Origin: Candidatus Magasanikiibacteriota bacterium
GTDB taxonomy: Bacteria > Patescibacteriota > Patescibacteriia > Magasanikbacterales > GWA2-37-8
NCBI GenBank assembly: GCA_963840935.1
Contig: CAWJAS010000001.1
Location: 128,875-192,874, forward strand
DNA length: 64,000 bases
Reading direction: 5' to 3'
Every line of letters begins with the position of its first letter. The first letter of the stretch is position 1. Shown here in pieces: positions 29,741-38,576 of this stretch. Both the position numbers and the translations under genes were made by a program. Under the pieces are notes generated by a model. The model did not search any database, had not been told where the DNA came from, and worked only from the letters and a program-made list of their open reading frames with translations.

Positions 29741-30031
29741 GGCTTGTTTTATGTCTTCGGGTGCTTTCTTTTTAAACAAATTTTTTGTCATGGCCACAAC
29801 CCAATCGAGATGCAGAATGTAGTGAATAATCGCTAGAATAATAAAGCTTAATCCGGCCCAATTATGCAAAGTAGACCATGTATGTTTTGTGATTCCAAGG
29901 ACTTCCTGGTAACCACCTTGTCTAACTCCGCTTGGTAGAAAGAAAAAAATAATGATTGCGGTAAAAGAAGTTATAATAATGGAAATTAAAAGTATGATAT
30001 CTAACCAATAATTTATTTTTGTTTTGTTCAT
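29735..30031 (-). CDS. Small membrane protein (DUF4405-like)
   Basis: Two TM segments, His-containing. Confidence 0.4.
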   Translation of the reverse strand: MNKTKINYWLDIILLISIIITSFTAIIIFFFLPSGVRQGGYQEVLGITKHTWSTLHNWAGLSFIILAIIHYILHLDWVVAMTKNLFKKKAPEDIKQAK

Positions 30032-30033
30032 AA

Positions 30034-31620
30034 TTAATTTAGTTTTCCTCTTAGTAATTTTTCGGCCACGACGGGGTCGGCTGAGCCCTCGGACGCTCGC
30101 ATAATCATGCCCAGCAAGAATTTGATGATCGGTTCTTTGCCGGCTTTGAAATGTGCCACTTGTTCGGGGTAGCTTCTTATTACCTCATCAATTATTTTTT
30201 CAATGGCGCCTTCATCGCTTATTTGGCCATAACCTTTTTCTTCCATAATGTGGGTCGGGTCTTTGTCAACGCCAGAATCAAGCATTTCGGCAAGAATTTT
30301 TTGGGCATTAGTTGAATTGACTCGGCCGGTATAAATCAAAGCGACAAGTTCAGCAAAATTTTCCGGCTTTATTTTTAAAATTTTAATATCAATTTTTCGC
30401 TCAGCCATGGCGCCCATCAGTTTGGTGGTAATCCAACCGCCGGCAAGTTTGGCCAACTCTTTTTGTTTTTGGGTTGTGAGGTCTTCAGCCATTTTTTTTG
30501 ATTCCGGCAAACTTGCAAGCCACTCTAAAAGCTCGCTCATAACTTGCTCGGTATATTCGCTCCAGTTTGAATCAGAGGTCAGAATAAAAGCGTCGGCAAA
30601 AGAAAAACCATATTCATCGACAAATCTTTTTCGGCGTGCGGGCGGAAGTTCCGGCAAAGTAAACGGGTCTGATCCCGACGCAAGGTCGGGATGCCGATTT
30701 AACATCGGCATTTTTTCCGGTTCAAACGGAGGGATATCCGGTTCCGGAAAATATCGGTAATCGGCTGATGTTTCTTTTTCGCGCTGGAGATATGTTTCGC
30801 CTTTGGCATCGTTCCATCCGCGGGTTTGCTGTATCCAAGTTTCGCCTTTTTCAATCATGGCAATTTGACGGTCAATTTCATAATCAATCGCTTTTTCAAT
30901 TGCTTTAAATGAGTTTATATTTTTGAGCTCAACCTTTGGATTAAGCGTATAATCTTTTGATGCGGTTATTTGCCCTTTTTCAATTTTATATTTCCCTTCT
31001 TCCTGCATTGATATGTTGGCTTCACAACGCATGTGACCTTTTTCCATGTCAGCGTCAGCCACACTCAAATAGCGCAAAATTATTTGCAGTTCTTGGCAAT
31101 ATGCTTTTGCTTCAAGCGCTGTTTGGATGTCGGGGTCTGAGACTATCTCAACCAAAGGCACACCGGCGCGATTAAAATCAACCAAGGTCTCGCCTTTTTC
31201 TCCGTGCACTAATTTTGCCGTGTCTTCTTCCAAGTGCACCCGGGTAATGCCTATTTTGGCCGCTGCCCTGGGATTTTCGGAGACGCGCAAATCAAGTTCC
31301 AAAAAACCCTTTTCACCGATTGGCTCGTCGAACTGGGAGATTTGGTAACCCTTTGGCAGGTCGGGATAAAAATAATGTTTGCGGTCAAATTTACTTGTTT
31401 TATTAATCGAGCAACCAAGGGCTTTGGCAATTTTTACAGTATCAATAATTGCCTGTTTGTTTGGAACAGGCAAGGTGCCCGGATGAGCCAGGCAGATTTC
31501 ACAGATATTGGTATTGGGCGCTTCACGTTCGGGATTATTGGGGCATGAACAAAACATTTTGCTTTTTGTTTTGAGCTCTACATGAATTTCCATGCCTATT
31601 ATGGGGATAAGTTTTGGCAT
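30034..31620 (-). CDS. gatB: Aspartyl/glutamyl-tRNA(Asn/Gln) amidotransferase subunit B
   Basis: GMEIHVEL, HYFYPDLPKGYQISQ, GatB catalytic core plus YqeY-like tail. Confidence 0.9.
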   Translation of the reverse strand: MPKLIPIIGMEIHVELKTKSKMFCSCPNNPEREAPNTNICEICLAHPGTLPVPNKQAIIDTVKIAKALGCSINKTSKFDRKHYFYPDLPKGYQISQFDEPIGEKGFLELDLRVSENPRAAAKIGITRVHLEEDTAKLVHGEKGETLVDFNRAGVPLVEIVSDPDIQTALEAKAYCQELQIILRYLSVADADMEKGHMRCEANISMQEEGKYKIEKGQITASKDYTLNPKVELKNINSFKAIEKAIDYEIDRQIAMIEKGETWIQQTRGWNDAKGETYLQREKETSADYRYFPEPDIPPFEPEKMPMLNRHPDLASGSDPFTLPELPPARRKRFVDEYGFSFADAFILTSDSNWSEYTEQVMSELLEWLASLPESKKMAEDLTTQKQKELAKLAGGWITTKLMGAMAERKIDIKILKIKPENFAELVALIYTGRVNSTNAQKILAEMLDSGVDKDPTHIMEEKGYGQISDEGAIEKIIDEVIRSYPEQVAHFKAGKEPIIKFLLGMIMRASEGSADPVVAEKLLRGKLN

Positions 31621-31712
31621 AAATATTTATTATTTAATTTAATTTTAGCAAAATAGGACGGATTAAGCAAATTAAAAAACCGCCTCATATTTGAGACGGT
31701 TTTTTTAATGGT

Positions 31713-32471
31713 TTATTTATTTTTTTCTTTTGCAACAACCGGCGCCGGAGTTTCTTTTGCTTTAAAATAAAGAATAATAGTGGCCAAAGCGGTCAAAGGC
31801 GAAACAATCACGCTAAGAATGCTTGTAAGAATTCCATTAACAATATAAAAGGAAAGGCCGGAAAAAATCAAATCAATAATAAATGAAACGGTGTAGCTGA
31901 TAATCAAAAATATAACGCCGAAAAAAATACTGGGCGCAAAAATACGCCATAAAATAGACCACCATCTTCCGGTAACTAATTTTTTGCTCTCCATTAAAGC
32001 TTCCACACCGCGTTTTTCTTCGTAGATAATGACTAAATAAGTGAAGGAAAACCACACCATAAATATGATTCCGGGGATGATTAGCAATAATGTTCCGCCC
32101 ATTATTATCAACAATAAAAGCAAGAAAGTGTAAATGGTTGGCCAGATTAAGTGGGAAGTTAATGAAAAAGTATCTTTGTACGCGACAAACGGTTTTTTGT
32201 TGACAATATTGCCAAGATTTTTCGCCAGAGCCATAGTCGCCCAAAGAGTGAAAATAAGACAAACAGTCAGAATTGCCAGCACAATAAGATTATTGCTTAA
32301 AATAAAAAGTCCCGAAGTGGCGAAACGGTCGAGATAGAGCGAAATAATACCAGTTACACCCAAAATAAAATTTGGCAAAAACATAAAGAGCATGTATGGC
32401 CAAAGTTTTTTAAAATTTTTGGTATACATTTCCCAGCTGTTCAATATGATATCGCCGACTTTGATAAGCAT
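31713..32471 (-). CDS. Polytopic membrane protein, hypothetical
   Basis: 6-7 hydrophobic segments. Confidence 0.5.
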   Translation of the reverse strand: MLIKVGDIILNSWEMYTKNFKKLWPYMLFMFLPNFILGVTGIISLYLDRFATSGLFILSNNLIVLAILTVCLIFTLWATMALAKNLGNIVNKKPFVAYKDTFSLTSHLIWPTIYTFLLLLLIIMGGTLLLIIPGIIFMVWFSFTYLVIIYEEKRGVEALMESKKLVTGRWWSILWRIFAPSIFFGVIFLIISYTVSFIIDLIFSGLSFYIVNGILTSILSVIVSPLTALATIILYFKAKETPAPVVAKEKNK

Positions 32472-32480
32472 AAGTTTTGA

Positions 32481-33188
32481 TTAGTTGGATAAAATTCGCC
32501 GAAGTAAAATTACGGCTTGCTCCTTCATTATATCAATATTTACGTTTGTGGGCAATTGTTTGATGTTTGTGCCCCGGTCGATAAATAGATTTCTGTATTC
32601 GTCCGATTGATATTGTTGTTGTAATTTACGTAAAAAATCTAGGCGTTCAAAGATGGCATCATCCTTTTTGCTGTCGCGACCCCCAAGGCGAGTGATTGCT
32701 TCTTCGGCCGATAATTCCAAGAGGACCAAATAATCAGGTCGATATTCCATGGCTAGTTGATTGCCCGGCAGTTCAAGTAAGCGCAAAAAAGTAAGGTCTT
32801 CATCGTGTGTCGATTGATAAGCGAGTGAAGAACTAACTCCGCGGTCTTGAATAACACATTTGCCTTCCTTGAGCAGAGGGACAATAATTTTGTTATACAA
32901 AACTAAGCGATCCAAAGAAAATGCTTCGGCCACGGCAAGCGGAGGGTAACTGGTACCCTCGCGCACCAGCTCCTCGCGGATTACCTTGCCGACCCCGACG
33001 TAAGTCGGTTCACAAGAAAAAATAAATTCATACGAGCGCAATTCTTTGATATCCGGATATTCGCCTTTTTCCTGCCAGTATTTTTTTAAATCAAAAATCG
33101 CGTTTCCTTCGTCGGTAATGAATTCTTTCCAAGTATTTAAGATTGTGCTTTTTCCGGAGCCGTCTATGCCATCAAGCATTATGAACAT
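32481..33188 (-). CDS. Thymidylate kinase-like P-loop kinase
   Basis: IMLDGIDGSGKST P-loop as in Tmk. Adjacent to DHFR, thyA and dut. Confidence 0.6.
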   Translation of the reverse strand: MFIMLDGIDGSGKSTILNTWKEFITDEGNAIFDLKKYWQEKGEYPDIKELRSYEFIFSCEPTYVGVGKVIREELVREGTSYPPLAVAEAFSLDRLVLYNKIIVPLLKEGKCVIQDRGVSSSLAYQSTHDEDLTFLRLLELPGNQLAMEYRPDYLVLLELSAEEAITRLGGRDSKKDDAIFERLDFLRKLQQQYQSDEYRNLFIDRGTNIKQLPTNVNIDIMKEQAVILLRRILSN

Positions 33189-33217
33189 AATATTAAAATG
33201 TTAAAAAAGTAATGTGG

Positions 33218-33727
33218 TTATTTGATAACTTTGTATCTCACGTGTAAAACATTGTCGGCGATTTTTTCAACGTTTAATAATTCCAAATTGAGATTCACGC
33301 TAGCGGTGTTGAATAATGATAGACCTTCGCCAAAAATTTTTGGTTCAATGGTTAACCATATTTCATCAATCAAATTATCTTTGAGAAACGAACCATTAAC
33401 CGTGGCTCCGCCTCCGAGTATTATTGTTTCAAAACCGCGTTGTTTGAGGCCGGCTATAATTTCTTTTGGTTCGGCCTTGATAAATTCCAAACTGCCGGGA
33501 ATATTTTCGCGTTTTTCCGGTTCAAGCGACAAAATTAAATTCAGTCGGCCGGGCAGGGGACGACCGATGGTATTGTATGTGGTTTCGCCCATCACAATTA
33601 CACCGGCTTTTTTTGTTTCGGCGACAAATATTTTTTTGTCTGCTTTGCTTGTCCAGTCGGCCAGTTCGGTTGTGTGTTTGGCGATTTTACCATCAAGGGT
33701 AATAGCCATTAATAAGACAACTTTCAT
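33218..33727 (-). CDS. Dihydrofolate reductase family protein (RibD C-terminal-like)
   Basis: VLLMAITLDGKIA, VIVMGETTYNTIGRPLPGR, ILGGGATV. Overlaps the thyA stop. Confidence 0.75.
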   Translation of the reverse strand: MKVVLLMAITLDGKIAKHTTELADWTSKADKKIFVAETKKAGVIVMGETTYNTIGRPLPGRLNLILSLEPEKRENIPGSLEFIKAEPKEIIAGLKQRGFETIILGGGATVNGSFLKDNLIDEIWLTIEPKIFGEGLSLFNTASVNLNLELLNVEKIADNVLHVRYKVIK

Positions 33728-34596
33728 ACGGCAATGGGAAATTCAATTTTTGGATAGCTTTCATAATCGGTCAGTTTTGTCTCTTCGGCTTTCCAATCAA
33801 AAATAGAAGTAAAATTTTCTGAAATAATTTGTGGTAATCGGTAAGTGTTTGGGTCGCGCGAGAGTTGTTCTTTGGCGCCGTCCAAATGATTAACATAAAT
33901 ATGAGTGTCTGCCAAAAATCCGACCAGTTTTCCTTCTTTGAGACCTGATTCTTTGGCAAGCAAATGCAAAAGCAAAGCGTATGAAGCGATATTAAACGGC
34001 AGACCAAGCATGGTGTCAACCGAACGCTGGTTCCAAAGTAGGTTAAGTTTGCCGTTGATTACCGTCACTTGAAAAGCGTAGTGGCATGGCGGTAGGGCCA
34101 TGTCGGGAATGGCGATCGGGTTCCAGGCAGACACTATCATACGACGGTCGCTTGGATTTGATTTTAATTTTTCAACAACTTGTTTTAGCTGGTCAATACC
34201 TTTATTTGCATAGTCGGTTTCATATGAATCATACTCAGCGTTAAAATGGCGCCACTGGAATCCATAAATCGGGCCCAAGTCGCGTTCGGCCGCCATTTTT
34301 GTTTTTGTTTCTTCGTCGTGTCCATAAGGCACTTTTTTTGGGCTGGCCCATTCATCCCAGATATGACATTTTCTTTCTTTGAGCCATTCTTTGTCAGTCA
34401 GTCCTTTAATAAAGAATTCCAATTCATTAGCCATTACTTTAAAAGGCATTTTTTTTGTGGTCAATAGAGGAAAACCGTTGGACATATCGTGTTCAAACAT
34501 GGCGCCAGCAATAGAAATTGCATCAACACCAGTGCGGTTTTCTTTGCGTTCGCCGGTGTCAATTATTTTTTTGACAATATCAAGGTATGTTTTCAT
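33724..34596 (-). CDS. thyA: Thymidylate synthase
   Basis: RTGVDAIS, SAWNPIAIPDMALPPCH, LPFNIASYALLLHLLA, DTHIYVNH. Confidence 0.95.
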   Translation of the reverse strand: MKTYLDIVKKIIDTGERKENRTGVDAISIAGAMFEHDMSNGFPLLTTKKMPFKVMANELEFFIKGLTDKEWLKERKCHIWDEWASPKKVPYGHDEETKTKMAAERDLGPIYGFQWRHFNAEYDSYETDYANKGIDQLKQVVEKLKSNPSDRRMIVSAWNPIAIPDMALPPCHYAFQVTVINGKLNLLWNQRSVDTMLGLPFNIASYALLLHLLAKESGLKEGKLVGFLADTHIYVNHLDGAKEQLSRDPNTYRLPQIISENFTSIFDWKAEETKLTDYESYPKIEFPIAV

Positions 34597-34598
34597 AA

Positions 34599-34895
34599 TT
34601 AATTCATATTTTCAATTTGTTGTTTTTTATTTTTTATTTCTTCTTCCCAGCGCGCTCTGTCTGCGGCAATTTGTTCCGGTGATAATATTACTGCGTGTCC
34701 TTTTTTTATTTTCTCGGCTATTTTTGCGGCTTGTTTAGCTTCTTGCTCTGTTTGCTCAGCATCTCGTACAGCTTTTTCAGCGTTAAATTTAGCAACAGCC
34801 GCACGGGATTCCGGAGTATCTGGCACCTTCATGCCAATCGGTAATCTTTTACGCGGATTAAAATATTGTTGTGGTTGTGGTGTCTCGAATGACAT
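34599..34895 (-). CDS. Small Lys/Glu/Ala-rich hypothetical protein
   Basis: Coiled-coil-like charged sequence. Coupled to thyA. Confidence 0.4.
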   Translation of the reverse strand: MSFETPQPQQYFNPRKRLPIGMKVPDTPESRAAVAKFNAEKAVRDAEQTEQEAKQAAKIAEKIKKGHAVILSPEQIAADRARWEEEIKNKKQQIENMN

Positions 34896-34960
34896 AAAAT
34901 TTATAATTAATTTTTTATTATTTTAGCGTCCGGTAACGCTGAGCGTTCCTATCAGGACGC

Positions 34961-35392
34961 TTAGCGTCCGGTACTGCCAAATCTGCCTTCACCGCGCGCG
35001 CTTTCGGATAATTCGTTTACTTCTTCAAGTTCGGCAATAACAATAGGGTAAATTATTAATTGGGCGAGTTTATCTCCCTTTTTTATTTCATATGGCTCTT
35101 GCCCTAGATTAATTAACTGAACATTATATTCACCGCGGTAACCGGCGTCATAAACTCCACCCAAAGTGTGGAGTCCGCCGTTTTTTGGCAAACTGCCCTT
35201 GTCTTTTACAATTACGGCAAAACCCGGCTCAAATTCGGTGGCAAAACCCAAATTAAAAACTTTTCTTTCCCCAGGTTGCAAAACATAATTTTCAATGGAA
35301 TATAAATCCATTCCCACATCGCCCGGGTGCGCGTAGGTCGGCAAAATTGCGTCGGGATTTATTTTTTTAATTTTTATCTGCATATTTTTCAA
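34961..35392 (-). CDS. dut: dUTP diphosphatase
   Basis: HPGDVGMDLY, GVYDAGYRGE, RGEGRFGSTGR C-terminal motif V. Confidence 0.9.
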   Translation of the reverse strand: MKNMQIKIKKINPDAILPTYAHPGDVGMDLYSIENYVLQPGERKVFNLGFATEFEPGFAVIVKDKGSLPKNGGLHTLGGVYDAGYRGEYNVQLINLGQEPYEIKKGDKLAQLIIYPIVIAELEEVNELSESARGEGRFGSTGR

Positions 35393-35933
35393 TCAAGGCG
35401 TCAATTTGCGCGTATAATTCTTCAAATGTTCCATTGTTATCAATTTTTTCTTTGGCAAAAGGTAAAACATCATTGATAGTAACCTCGGTTGAACGTTTAT
35501 GGTCAGCCAAAAATTCTTCAAAAGTTTTTGTGGCGTCGTCTGTTTTTTCTTTTCTTTCAACTAGTCGTTCGTATCTGATTTTTGGTTCGGCGAATATTTC
35601 CACCAAAACAAAATTTTTCAGATCTTTTAATTTTTCAATGTCACCAAGCCGACGGATTCCGTCAATGACAATCAGATTATTTTGGTTATTAACCGCGTCG
35701 CTGGCTATTGTCTCGGCCAAAATGTTATCGCCAAAAGCGCCACGAACAGCTTCTGACATTTTGATTAAATTATCACGGTTTTTTGGCAAATATAAACGCG
35801 TGCAAATATCACCCAAAATTGAAGAAAATCTATATGAACCGGCTTTATATTTGGCATTGAGATAAGCGGCCGATGTGCCCTTGCCACTAGCAAGTAGTCC
35901 AACAAAACCAAAAATTATTTTATTGGTTATCAT
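35367..35933 (-). CDS. P-loop nucleotide/nucleoside kinase-like protein
   Basis: FGFVGLLASGKGTSAAYL Walker A. Overlaps dut and dCMP deaminase. Possibly a (d)NMP kinase. Confidence 0.5.
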   Translation of the reverse strand: MITNKIIFGFVGLLASGKGTSAAYLNAKYKAGSYRFSSILGDICTRLYLPKNRDNLIKMSEAVRGAFGDNILAETIASDAVNNQNNLIVIDGIRRLGDIEKLKDLKNFVLVEIFAEPKIRYERLVERKEKTDDATKTFEEFLADHKRSTEVTINDVLPFAKEKIDNNGTFEELYAQIDALIEKYADKN

Positions 35934-36411
35934 ATTTTTCTATCGATTCATCAAAATATTCAATGACGACCCCTGCTTCACGGAATAAACTTTCGGATTC
36001 TTCAGCCACGTGATATCGTTTTTCACAGACCACCCGTTCAATGCCGGCGTTTATAATCATTTTGGCACATGCGGAACATGGCGTCATTTTGCAATAAAGC
36101 GTGGCGCCGTCAATTGCTACGCCGATTTTCGCGGCTTGCACAATGGCATTTTGTTCAGCGTGACAGGTTCGCATACAATGATGAGTGGTGTGTCCATCTT
36201 CATGTGTGACACTTTTCATCAAATGACCGACTTCGTCGCAATGTGCTATTCCTTTGGGCGAGCCAACATAGCCGGTAACAAGGATTTGTTTGTCGCGGGC
36301 GATAACACAACCGCTTCGACCTCTGTCACAGGTCGCTCTTTTGGCCACGGCACGACAGATTTCCATAAAGTATTCATCCCAACTTGGGCGGATATATTTT
36401 GCTTCTTCCAT
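35920..36411 (-). CDS. dCMP deaminase (cytidine/deoxycytidylate deaminase zinc-binding)
   Basis: HCMRTCHAEQNAI and PCSACAKMII zinc ligands. Confidence 0.85.
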   Translation of the reverse strand: MEEAKYIRPSWDEYFMEICRAVAKRATCDRGRSGCVIARDKQILVTGYVGSPKGIAHCDEVGHLMKSVTHEDGHTTHHCMRTCHAEQNAIVQAAKIGVAIDGATLYCKMTPCSACAKMIINAGIERVVCEKRYHVAEESESLFREAGVVIEYFDESIEKYDNQ

Positions 36412-36413
36412 AA

Positions 36414-36809
36414 TTATTGTTTTTTATCATTTATATTAGACAATTGGATATCAGTAAACTGTTCAAGCATTTCAAAGGCCTTTTGCCATCCTTTTTCTTT
36501 TGCTGTTCTGGGTATTATGCCATAAATCCAGCGAGCAAACATTTCATCGGCGGAAAATTCCACTTGCACATTGCGGGATGGTTTTGTTATGTGATTAACG
36601 GCGTTTACCAGCTTAGTGTCCGGTTCTGGCAGAACGACTTCGTGCCCCATAGAGAGTTCTTTCAAATAATCATTCAATCTGATTATTTCGCCTATTTTTT
36701 TATAATCAAATTTATTAGCCATTAGAATATCAACTTTTTGCATTACTTTTTCCCACAGAACGTCGCTTTCTTTGGGCGGTTTTAGATTTTCAGGGTAGTG
36801 TTTTTCCAT
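36414..36809 (-). CDS. Hypothetical protein at the head of the dTMP-synthesis gene string
   Basis: No recognisable motif. Stop is 2 nt from the deaminase start. Confidence 0.4.
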   Translation of the reverse strand: MEKHYPENLKPPKESDVLWEKVMQKVDILMANKFDYKKIGEIIRLNDYLKELSMGHEVVLPEPDTKLVNAVNHITKPSRNVQVEFSADEMFARWIYGIIPRTAKEKGWQKAFEMLEQFTDIQLSNINDKKQ

Positions 36810-36875
36810 ATTTTTTACATTATGGTTTTGTTTAATGTTATCAATTTAAACAATATGTGGCAAGCGTTGTTTTGG

Positions 36876-36904
36876 CTTGACAAAATAACCGCTTTTTGGT
36901 ATAA
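36876..36904 (+). promoter_or_regulatory. Sigma70-type promoter for rplA: TTGACA, 17 bp spacer, TATAAA
   Basis: ttgacaaaataaccgctttttggtataaa. Confidence 0.55.
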
Positions 36905-36924
36905 ATTAACAACATTTATTCAGG

Positions 36925-36960
36925 TGGGACCCCGATCAAGCATCGGGGGCTATTACCACT
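36925..36960 (+). promoter_or_regulatory. Hairpin in the rplA 5-prime leader; candidate L1 autoregulatory binding site
   Basis: GGGACCCCGATcaagcATCGGGGGCT stem-loop 10 nt upstream of the start. Confidence 0.35.
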
Positions 36961-36972
36961 TAATCTATTTAT

Positions 36973-37650
36973 ATGTCCAAAAGAATGACGGCGCTACGCG
37001 CCAAGATAGACGCCAATCGCGTTTATACCGTTGACGAGGCCTTTGCTTTGCTCACGGAAACTTCATCGGTTAAGTTTGACGCCTCAGTAGAGGTGCACGC
37101 CAATTTGGGTATTGACCCCAAAAAAGGCGACCAGCAAGTTAGAGCAACGATTTTAATGCCGAATGGAACAGGTAAAGTATTGAAAGTCGCCGCGTTTGTG
37201 TCACCGGAAAAAGAAAAAGAAGCAAAAGAGGCCGGAGCGGATTTTGTTTATGGTGAAGAAGAGATTAAAAAAATTAAAGACACCGGCAAGATTGAATTTG
37301 ATATTGCCGTGACCACACCAGACATGATGCCAAAGCTTGCCGCGGTGGCAAAAGTGCTTGGCCCAAAAGGATTGATGCCGAATGCAAAAACAGAAACGGT
37401 TAGCCCGAATGTGAAAAAAATGATTGAGGATTTGAAAAAAGGCAAGGCCTCTTTCAAAAATGATGATACCGGCAATATTCATATTGCCATCGGCAAAGTC
37501 AGCTTTGGAACGGAGAAATTAAAAGAAAATTATTTGGCGTTTGTTGAAATGTTGAACCAGATTAAACCGGCCGGACAAAAAGGAACATACATCAAATCGC
37601 TTCATATCTGCGCCAGCATGGGACCTTCCATCAAAATCGCAGAAAAATAA
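36973..37650 (+). CDS. rplA: 50S ribosomal protein L1
   Basis: VDEAFALLTE, FDASVEVHANLGIDPKKGDQQVR, VLGPKGLMPN. Confidence 0.95.
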   Translation: MSKRMTALRAKIDANRVYTVDEAFALLTETSSVKFDASVEVHANLGIDPKKGDQQVRATILMPNGTGKVLKVAAFVSPEKEKEAKEAGADFVYGEEEIKKIKDTGKIEFDIAVTTPDMMPKLAAVAKVLGPKGLMPNAKTETVSPNVKKMIEDLKKGKASFKNDDTGNIHIAIGKVSFGTEKLKENYLAFVEMLNQIKPAGQKGTYIKSLHICASMGPSIKIAEK

Positions 37651-37714
37651 TCAGACAAAAAATAAATTAAAAAATCCGGGTTTACGCTCGGATTTTTTTG
37701 TATGTTTTAAGAAT

Positions 37715-37912
37715 GTTATCGCCGGTGTTCTAATCTTCGCATAGAGCCTGCTCTCGACCGAAGTCTGGTACACGTTCCGGAAGCTCGGCTTGCTCGCCGA
37801 CCCAGCCGTCCAGATCCGTGCGGTCTAGCCACCGAGTTAAGGCCTTCACCCTGTTCCTTCATGGGCAACCCCCGACAAGACTAGTCTCTTCCGGGGGTTG
37901 AATTTTTTCAAT
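37715..37912 (+). ncRNA. GC-rich structured RNA element (~190 nt) ending in an intrinsic terminator; candidate riboswitch leader or small ncRNA
   Basis: Strong compositional contrast with AT-rich flanks. No ORF. Internal hairpins AGAGCctgCTCT and TCGGCttgctcGCCGA. 3-prime CAACCCCCGacaagactagtctcttcCGGGGGTTG plus TTTTTT at 37866-37912. Sits 40 nt upstream of the 37950 gene. Confidence 0.45.
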
Positions 37913-37949
37913 TTAATTATTCGAAATACAATGTTATAATTATATATAT

Positions 37950-38405
37950 ATGAATATGCAATTACGAAAAAAAACTGATAAAAATGTCCTTACTGTTCTT
38001 GGTGTCCTCAATGATGAAATTCATGGTGATGCGCGATCTGCCATGAACAAGTTGACCAAAGATTACACAATGACTTGGATATATCGCCATCCAAAAAACG
38101 GAAAACTTTTTCCTCGTACAAAAAAAGATATAAAGGCCGGCCTTAAAAAAGTCTACCCAACCAAAGGGAGGCATTATGATATAAAAAATATCGCCACGGG
38201 GAATAACGTTGTTATAGTGGAATTGGTGGAGAGCTACCCCGATCCAAAAACCAAAAAAGTGTACCGAACGCCGTTAGTTTTGGTGCTTGAGATGAAAAAA
38301 GGAAAAATTCAAACGGGTCGCCATTATTGTGACCCGAATTTGTCGTATCTTCATTTAACAAAAAAACAAGTGGCGAATGCTTACGTCAAAACAAGAAAAG
38401 TGTGA
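37950..38405 (+). CDS. Hypothetical protein (possibly NTF2-like fold)
   Basis: 151 aa, basic. No confident family. Confidence 0.4.
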   Translation: MNMQLRKKTDKNVLTVLGVLNDEIHGDARSAMNKLTKDYTMTWIYRHPKNGKLFPRTKKDIKAGLKKVYPTKGRHYDIKNIATGNNVVIVELVESYPDPKTKKVYRTPLVLVLEMKKGKIQTGRHYCDPNLSYLHLTKKQVANAYVKTRKV

Positions 38406-38518
38406 GTGTTTTGAGTAATTTTAAATATTTTATATAAAAATTCTCGGCTTCGGGCTGCGAGCTTTTTGTTTTGAAAGTGCCACCACAGTATTTAATCGCG
38501 AAATTCTTAACAAATATT

Positions 38519-38545
38519 AAAGAGGCGTCGGGTGACGCCTCTTTG
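38519..38545. repeat. Hairpin AAGAGGCGtcgggtgaCGCCTCTTT, left boundary of the GC-rich island; direct copy of the hairpin at 39792-39822
   Basis: Compare AAAGAGGCGTCGGGTGACGCCTCTTT with AAAGAGGCGCCACGAGGCGCCTTT. Confidence 0.6.
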
Positions 38546-38576
38546 GGATGGAATGATCTGGGATGAAAAGAGCGGG

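Noticed and set aside
37715-37912. Assignment of the GC-rich RNA as SRP RNA or tmRNA.
   Set aside because: It lacks the conserved SRP helix-8 AGCAGC/GGAA context and the tmRNA tRNA-like ends. It is left as an unclassified structured RNA.
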